DNA of 4,340 nucleotides from a virus (Duplodnaviria; Heunggongvirae; Uroviricota; Caudoviricetes): IMG/VR virus record IMGVR_UViG_2695420687_000008; one strand, 5' to 3'. Shown piece by piece: positions 1 to 4,340 of this stretch (position 1 is its first letter; each line of letters starts with the position of its first letter). The notes under the pieces were generated by a model. It saw only the letters and a program-made list of their open reading frames with translations, ran no database searches and was not told where the DNA came from. The position numbers and the translations under genes were made by a program.

Positions 1-274
<274 letters not shown>

Positions 275-351
275 TCACGGCGATTGGCGTGGCGATGATG
301 TTGGTGCCTAAAGATGATGCCGCACAGGTGAAAACCGAAGTGGAGGCGCAC

Positions 352-930
352 GCCAGTACCAAAAATGGGTTCGTGATGACCGCAGTGACTGCAAATATGC
401 ACGCTCATGTTCTCAACAATACCGAGCACCGGGACTTCGACCTTCTCGAACATCACAATGCCTTTTTTCGCATCAATCAGCGCGATGTCCTGCGGCGTAG
501 TTACCACCACTGCACCAGTTACTGGAATGTTTTGCGCCAGCGTTAATTGAATGTCGCCGGTGCCTGGCGGCATATCGAGCACCAGATAGTCCAAATCCGG
601 CCACAACGTTTCTTGTAACATTTGCATCAGCGCCTTGCTGGCCATCGGACCACGCCACACCATCGCGTTGTCGTCAGTCACCAGATAACCAATTGAATTG
701 GTTGCCAGACCGTGCGACATAATCGGCGCCATGTGGGTGCCATCTGGCGAGGTTGGTCGCTGATTTTCCGCGCCCAGCATGGTTGGGATCGACGGACCAT
801 AGATGTCTGCGTCCAGAATGCCGACTTTCGCTCCTTCCGCCGCCAACGCCAGCGCCAGATTTACCGCCGTGGAGGATTTACCCACACCGCCTTTACCGGA
901 ACTGACCGCAATAATGTTCTTCANNNCNTT
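352..930 (-). CDS. apbC: Fe-S cluster carrier ATPase ApbC/Mrp, internal fragment (both ends missing; embedded in chimeric ORF 238..951)
   Basis: Minus-strand translation gives KNIIAVSSGKGGVGKSSTAVNLALALAAEGAKVGILDADIYGPSIP...DYLVLDMPPGTGDIQLT...GIVENMSVHICSHCGHHEPIFGTG (Walker A plus Mrp/NBP35 signature), matching my recollection of E. coli ApbC. The N-terminal ~100 aa and C-terminal ~60 aa of the native protein are absent. Match ends near 352 (native continues GAEKLAEKY as I recall; window encodes VRLHFGFHLCGII). Confidence 0.85.
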
Positions 931-1218
931 ATGACCAAAGACCATGCACAAGGTGTATTTATCCGTTTTATTGATTTTCGCGGTGAACTGTTATTACGTG
1001 CATCCGCTATTGACGGAGTAACTCCGGCGGGTAAAAACGGAGCCGACGAAGCCACTTACGTTTATCTGAACGGCACGCGACTGCTTGTGGAACTTCCGTA
1101 CCAGACCGTACGAGAAATCATTAGCGAAGCTGAAAAGGCACGCCAGGTTAATGGCGATGAACCCTATATCGAAATTATTTGTATGGATTCAGAAGCTGAA
1201 ATACAGAAAGCAGATTAA
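931..1218 (+). CDS. hypothetical protein, 95 aa (small-ORF cluster gene A); start uncertain
   Basis: ORF from ATG 931 to TAA 1216-1218: MTKDHAQGVFIRFIDFRGELLLRASAIDGVTPAGKNGADEATYVYLNGTRLLVELPYQTVREIISEAEKARQVNGDEPYIEIICMDSEAEIQKAD. Natural-looking composition; SD-bearing ORF follows 11 bp downstream. The ATG sits directly at a homology breakpoint with N-masked bases, so no native RBS is visible and the gene may be 5'-truncated. No family recognised. Confidence 0.45.
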   Translation: MTKDHAQGVFIRFIDFRGELLLRASAIDGVTPAGKNGADEATYVYLNGTRLLVELPYQTVREIISEAEKARQVNGDEPYIEIICMDSEAEIQKAD

Positions 1219-1229
1219 AGGGCGTTGTG

Positions 1230-1472
1230 ATGGGCAAAGAATATAAAACTCTCATTAACAAAGCACTTGAGCGTTTTTATTTTCGCTTAAGTGCATCAGG
1301 CGCTCATGCTGAACGTGCGGCCCGTGACTCATTGACCAGAGCAATCCGAAGTCTGTATGACGTGGCTTTTTACGCTGATGATCTGGATGCACTTAACGAA
1401 CTTTCCGAGCTGATCTGTGCCGCAGAGTGCGGGGAACATATTGAACCGTATAAGCTGGGGAATATCGCATGA
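1230..1472 (+). CDS. hypothetical protein, 80 aa, predicted helical (cluster gene B)
   Basis: ATG 1230 preceded by AAGGG (1217-1221) at 8-nt spacing; alternative GTG at 1227. Protein MGKEYKTLINKALERFYFRLSASGAHAERAARDSLTRAIRSLYDVAFYADDLDALNELSELICAAECGEHIEPYKLGNIA. Stop TGA 1470-1472 overlaps the next start (ATGA). No family recognised. Confidence 0.5.
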   Translation: MGKEYKTLINKALERFYFRLSASGAHAERAARDSLTRAIRSLYDVAFYADDLDALNELSELICAAECGEHIEPYKLGNIA

Positions 1473-1582
1473 GTATATTTATCTCATGGCTTGTTCTGAT
1501 TATTTCGGTGGCCTGCGCTATTGGGATTATGCGAATTATTCATTCAATAAAAAAGATTGAACTCTTTTTCACTGAAGAATAA
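1469..1582 (+). CDS. small single-pass membrane peptide, 37 aa (cluster gene C)
   Basis: ATG 1469-1471 overlaps the stop of gene B (ATGA coupling); GGGGA 7-10 nt upstream. Peptide MSIFISWLVLIISVACAIGIMRIIHSIKKIELFFTEE has one hydrophobic helix followed by a basic/acidic tail. Too short for the supplied ORF track; called from reading the sequence. Confidence 0.4.
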   Translation: MSIFISWLVLIISVACAIGIMRIIHSIKKIELFFTEE

Positions 1583-1668
1583 CCGCGCAAATAAGACTCC
1601 AGGTTAAATAAGAAAATGTGAAAACAATCCGCATTCGCGGAGGTATTCGCACACGCCAAGGAGGCGTA

Positions 1669-1872
1669 ATGGCAATTAAGCATTTTCCTGTCGTTCGTTT
1701 CACCTCCAGAGGACGTGAATACGAAGTTGACGAACGCCTGATTACCACAATCGACAAACACCGTTCAGAAAAGGATGCACATCACATCTATCTCACTGAC
1801 GGCACTTACTTCTGCGCCACGAATGTGGTGCGGGTGAACCTTATCAGACAGGTACAGGAGTCACGCAGATGA
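1669..1872 (+). CDS. hypothetical protein, 67 aa (cluster gene D)
   Basis: Strong SD AAGGAGG (1658-1664) 4 nt before ATG 1669. Protein MAIKHFPVVRFTSRGREYEVDERLITTIDKHRSEKDAHHIYLTDGTYFCATNVVRVNLIRQVQESRR. Stop overlaps the next start (ATGA at 1869-1872). The track ORF begins at GTG 1618, but the SD supports 1669. Confidence 0.55.
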   Translation: MAIKHFPVVRFTSRGREYEVDERLITTIDKHRSEKDAHHIYLTDGTYFCATNVVRVNLIRQVQESRR

Positions 1873-2069
1873 CCATTCTGGACTACATCGCTGCCAATCC
1901 GGGTTGTAGCGGTGGAGAAATCGCCGCAGCACTGAATACACCAACCACAACCATTAATGCGGAGCTACGCCGTCTCTGGCGCAGCGGTTCAGTCATAAGA
2001 AAAGAGCGCAAAACAGGCGGTCGCTTTTCTTATCAGGTAAACCCGATGCCGTTTGGGTGTAAGAGATAA
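1869..2069 (+). CDS. small winged-helix DNA-binding protein, 66 aa, FaeA/PapI-like pattern (cluster gene E)
   Basis: ATG 1869 overlaps the stop of gene D; CAGGAG about 10 nt upstream. Protein MTILDYIAANPGCSGGEIAAALNTPTTTINAELRRLWRSGSVIRKERKTGGRFSYQVNPMPFGCKR. Layout (ILDYI..NPG.S..EIAAAL, then helix, then basic wing RKERKTGGRFSY) resembles small wHTH regulators such as PapI/FaeA; this is pattern inference, not a search result. Confidence 0.5.
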   Translation: MTILDYIAANPGCSGGEIAAALNTPTTTINAELRRLWRSGSVIRKERKTGGRFSYQVNPMPFGCKR

Positions 2070-2215
2070 ATACCGGGTAGTTTTTCAGCATACTGAAGGG
2101 GCTACAATAAAGCCATGTGTAGCCCCCGTAAAGGTCGACAGCACTACGGGGCATTTTAGAGCGTCATATAGCCGCCTGTGTTGTAATGACACCGTTTCGC
2201 GGCTATTCTTGAGTT

Positions 2216-2285
2216 GTTTGGGTTCAAGATTAGCCTCCGTGATGTTGTCAGGTGAATACCTACAACGTGCGGGGGTTTTCTCTTT
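2216..2285 (+). ncRNA. putative small RNA (~68 nt) with own promoter and intrinsic terminator; possibly Rdl-like antisense RNA of an LDR-type type I toxin-antitoxin locus
   Basis: -35-like TTGTAA (2181-2186), 17-bp spacer, -10-like TATTCT (2204-2209), then terminator 2234-2285. Lies about 370 bp upstream of yhjV, where I recall K-12 carrying ldrD/rdlD. Sequence identity to rdlD not verifiable here. Confidence 0.35.
2234..2285 (+). terminator. rho-independent terminator (imperfect ~13-bp stem, 13-nt loop, U-tract)
   Basis: Stem CCTCCGTGATGTTGT (2234-2248) pairs with ACAACGTGCGGGGG (2262-2275), with G-U wobbles and a small internal loop; loop CAGGTGAATACCT; followed by TTTTCTCTTT (2276-2285). 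Confidence 0.55.
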
Positions 2286-2474
2286 CCAGCAACCAATGCC
2301 GCCGGGGATCAAGCCCCCGCAACATTGCGCCTCACCGGAAGACTCCGGCTTGGCGCTGATTCTACGGACGCTTTCTTGCCCTGACATCTGCCTGTTCCCG
2401 ACTTTGCGCGATGCATTCCAGCCTATTTACATATTTGCAGTGTTTGCACCGCATTGACGTTATTCAATCAACAC

Positions 2475-2516
2475 TCTGACGTCAGACTGGCAGTGAAATG
2501 TGCAATTTTGTAGAAT
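2475..2516 (+). promoter_or_regulatory. candidate yhjV promoter region: 12-bp perfect palindrome TCTGACGTCAGA (2475-2486) upstream of -10-like TAGAAT (2511-2516)
   Basis: Palindrome verified by reverse complement. TAGAAT is a 5/6 match to TATAAT and lies about 140 bp upstream of the yhjV ATG. No good -35 hexamer, which suggests activator dependence or that this is not the promoter. Confidence 0.25.
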
Positions 2517-2655
2517 TGCGCCTCCTCGCGATTCTCCCCAGTGAATCTGTTGCCTCATTTTTAGCACGCGGCGTATTCAACTTCTCCACCTGTTGCGCAA
2601 GAGAAACTGGGCTAATTTATCACTACGAGGCTGACATCTATCTGGACAGGACTTT

Positions 2656-3954
2656 ATGCAGGACAACACATTACCATTACGCGATCAGAAACCGCAGCCC
2701 CGCTCATTAACTCAGAAATTGCCGTTTACCCGTTATGACTTTGGCTGGGTCTTATTATGTATTGGCATGGCTATTGGTGCCGGAACCGTACTGATGCCAG
2801 TACAAATTGGCCTGAAGGGGATTTGGGTATTTATTACCGCCGCCATTATTGCTTACCCGGCAACCTGGGTCGTACAGGATATTTATTTAAAGACTCTTTC
2901 AGAAAGCGACTCCTGTAATGACTACACCGATATTATCAGTCATTATCTGGGGAAGAATTGGGGAATATTCCTCGGCGTCATCTACTTTTTGATGATTATT
3001 CACGGTATTTTTATCTATTCCCTCTCCGTAGTTTTTGACAGTGCCTCGTATCTGAAAACCTTCGGTTTAACCGATACCGATCTTTCGCAATCACTACTCT
3101 ATAAAGTGGCTATTTTCGCCATACTGGTGGCAATTGCGTCTGGTGGTGAACGGTTGCTGTTTAAGATCTCCGGGCCAATGGTGGTGGTCAAAGTAGGGAT
3201 CATTGTGGTGTTCGGCTTTGCGATGATCCCGCACTGGAACTTCGCCAATATAACCGCTTTCCCACAAGCATCGATCTTTTTCCGCGACGTCTTGCTTACC
3301 ATTCCATTTTGTTTCTTTTCTGCGGTATTTATTCAGGTGCTAAACCCGATGAATATTGCCTATCGTAAACGAGAAACGGATAAAGTACTGGCAACACGAC
3401 TCGCGCTGCGTACCCACCGGATTAGTTATATTACGCTTATTGCGGTGATCTTGTTTTTTGCCTTTTCATTTACCTTTTCGATTAGCCATGAAGAGGCAGT
3501 TTCTGCCTTTGAGCAAAATATCTCAGCGCTGGCGCTTGCCGCACAAGTGATCCCTGGACATATCATCCATATCACCTCTACAGTGCTGAATATCTTTGCC
3601 GTACTGACGGCTTTCTTTGGTATTTACCTCGGCTTCCATGAAGCCATTAAAGGCATAATTCTCAATCTGTTAAGCCGAATTATTGATACTCAGAAAATTA
3701 ATTCACGTCTGCTCACGCTGGCGATTTGCGCCTTTATCGTGATTACGTTGACAATTTGGGTTTCGTTTCGCGTATCCGTATTAGTGTTCTTTCAACTGGG
3801 AAGTCCGCTGTACGGCATTGTGTCGTGCATCATTCCGTTTTTCCTGATCTATAAAGTCGCACAACTGGAAAAACTTCGCGGGTTTAAAACCTGGCTGATT
3901 CTGCTTTACGGCATTTTGTTGTGCTTTTCACCACTGTTGAAGCTGATTGAGTAA
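2656..3954 (+). CDS. yhjV: HAAAP-family (hydroxy/aromatic amino acid permease; TdcC/SdaC-like) inner-membrane transporter, 432 aa
   Basis: ATG 2656 with AGGA 6 nt upstream; stop TAA 3952-3954. Polytopic membrane protein with motifs resembling TdcC/SdaC ([30 protein letters not shown]). Assigned to yhjV because it is convergent with dppF, the K-12 arrangement as I recall it. Exact start and length not verified. Confidence 0.7.
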   Translation: MQDNTLPLRDQKPQPRSLTQKLPFTRYDFGWVLLCIGMAIGAGTVLMPVQIGLKGIWVFITAAIIAYPATWVVQDIYLKTLSESDSCNDYTDIISHYLGKNWGIFLGVIYFLMIIHGIFIYSLSVVFDSASYLKTFGLTDTDLSQSLLYKVAIFAILVAIASGGERLLFKISGPMVVVKVGIIVVFGFAMIPHWNFANITAFPQASIFFRDVLLTIPFCFFSAVFIQVLNPMNIAYRKRETDKVLATRLALRTHRISYITLIAVILFFAFSFTFSISHEEAVSAFEQNISALALAAQVIPGHIIHITSTVLNIFAVLTAFFGIYLGFHEAIKGIILNLLSRIIDTQKINSRLLTLAICAFIVITLTIWVSFRVSVLVFFQLGSPLYGIVSCIIPFFLIYKVAQLEKLRGFKTWLILLYGILLCFSPLLKLIE

Positions 3955-3977
3955 ACCGGAGCGCATGGCCCCGGTTT
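3953..3977. terminator. bidirectional intrinsic terminator between convergent yhjV and dppF
   Basis: AAACCGGAGC (3953-3962) pairs with GCCCCGGTTT (3968-3977), with one A/C mismatch, around loop GCATG; A-tract on one side and T-tract (3975-3978) on the other. Sits in the 29-bp gap between the two stop codons. Confidence 0.55.
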
Positions 3978-3983
3978 TGTAAG

Positions 3984-4219
3984 TTAACGCTGTGGATTTT
4001 CATCCTGCTCAACAGCGAAGCAGGCGACCAGTTGACCGCCGTAGTCTTTTAGCTGCGGCTGCAACTGGGTGCAGGGGCCAAAACGTCGACGACAGCGAGC
4101 GTTAAAGGCGCAGCCTGGCGGTGGATTCAGCGGGCTTGGCAGTTCGCCAGTGAGTTTGATGCGCTCGCGGCGATCGTCCGGGTTCAGGCGTGGCGTCGCG
4201 GAGAGTAGCGCCTGGGTGT
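3984..4219 (-). CDS. dppF: dipeptide ABC transporter ATP-binding protein DppF, C-terminal fragment with native stop; upstream two-thirds replaced
   Basis: Minus-strand translation ends ...YTQALLSATPRLNPDDRRERIKLTGELPSPLNPPPGCAFNARCRRRFGPCTQLQPQLKDYGGQLVACFAVEQDENPQR then stop (TAA, complement of 3984-3986), matching the DppF/OppF-type C-terminal domain and my recollection of E. coli DppF. Match is lost at the N-masked stretch 4220-4232; the in-frame upstream MVNIYGLSPEAHERTSESKVLICDEDNSSREL is unrelated. Confidence 0.8.
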
Positions 4220-4340
4220 NGNATNNCNCNNNTAATTCTCTGGAAGAGTTGTCTTCATCACAAATTAATACTTTGCTTTCACTGGTTCTTTCATGTGCTT
4301 CTGGCGAGAGGCCATAAATATTAACCATTACATTTTTCAG

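Noticed and set aside
289-658. Plus ORF 289..546 (85 aa) and minus ORF 473..658 (61 aa)
   Set aside because: Both lie inside or antisense to the ApbC-matching frame; no independent support.
712-930. Upstream part of plus ORF 712..1218
   Set aside because: This part is antisense to apbC and crosses the N-masked breakpoint; only the part from ATG 931 is kept as gene A.
1618-1668. GTG 1618 as start of gene D
   Set aside because: No SD; the strong AAGGAGG at 1658-1664 points to ATG 1669.
1540-1761. Minus-strand ORFs 1540..1761 and 1569..1757
   Set aside because: Antisense to cluster genes C and D, which have SD sites and translational coupling; composition not protein-like.
2053-2457. Plus ORF of 134 aa and minus ORF 2085..2387 of 100 aa in the region upstream of yhjV
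   Set aside because: Cys/Pro/Gly-rich low-complexity translations, no SD, and they run across the hairpins and terminator. Treated as non-coding, though this is not proven.
2324-2524. 10-bp direct repeat ATTGCGCCTC at 2324-2333 and 2515-2524
   Set aside because: A single 10-mer pair about 190 bp apart is within chance expectation; no further periodicity.
2070-2655. Intact Ldr-type toxin gene (35-aa peptide with FWHDLAAP core)
   Set aside because: Scanned both strands for codons encoding the conserved core; none present. Only a 3-codon MTL-stop remnant at 2159-2167 (minus).
2498-2710. Plus ORF of 70 aa overlapping the yhjV start
   Set aside because: Out of frame with yhjV and spans the putative promoter and 5' UTR; no SD.
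3099-3302. Minus ORF of 67 aa
   Set aside because: Antisense inside the yhjV transporter gene.
4069-4317. Plus ORF of 82 aa
   Set aside because: Antisense to the dppF fragment and crosses the N-masked junction.

Overview
This window reads as Escherichia coli-like DNA, but it is not one contiguous natural locus: it looks like a mosaic of unrelated blocks joined at abrupt breakpoints. I could not run any search, so all identifications are from reading translations and from memory of E. coli proteins. The blocks are: (1) 1-274, an internal piece of tuf (EF-Tu) on the minus strand; (2) 275-351, a 77-bp orphan; (3) 352-930, an internal piece of apbC/mrp on the minus strand; (4) about 931-2158, a tight plus-strand cluster of five small ORFs (95, 80, 37, 67 and 66 aa) that I cannot assign to a known family, with SD sites and two ATGA start/stop overlaps; (5) about 2159-4219, a K-12-like stretch with an sRNA-like promoter/terminator unit (possibly Rdl-like), an HAAAP-family transporter that I assign to yhjV, a bidirectional terminator and the 3' end of dppF on the minus strand; (6) 4233-4340, an AT-rich orphan. 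Two breakpoints coincide with partially N-masked bases (924-928 and 4220-4232). The small-ORF cluster is the only candidate for something undescribed, and I cannot verify that it is novel rather than known prophage or plasmid cargo. The mosaic structure itself is the most secure observation.
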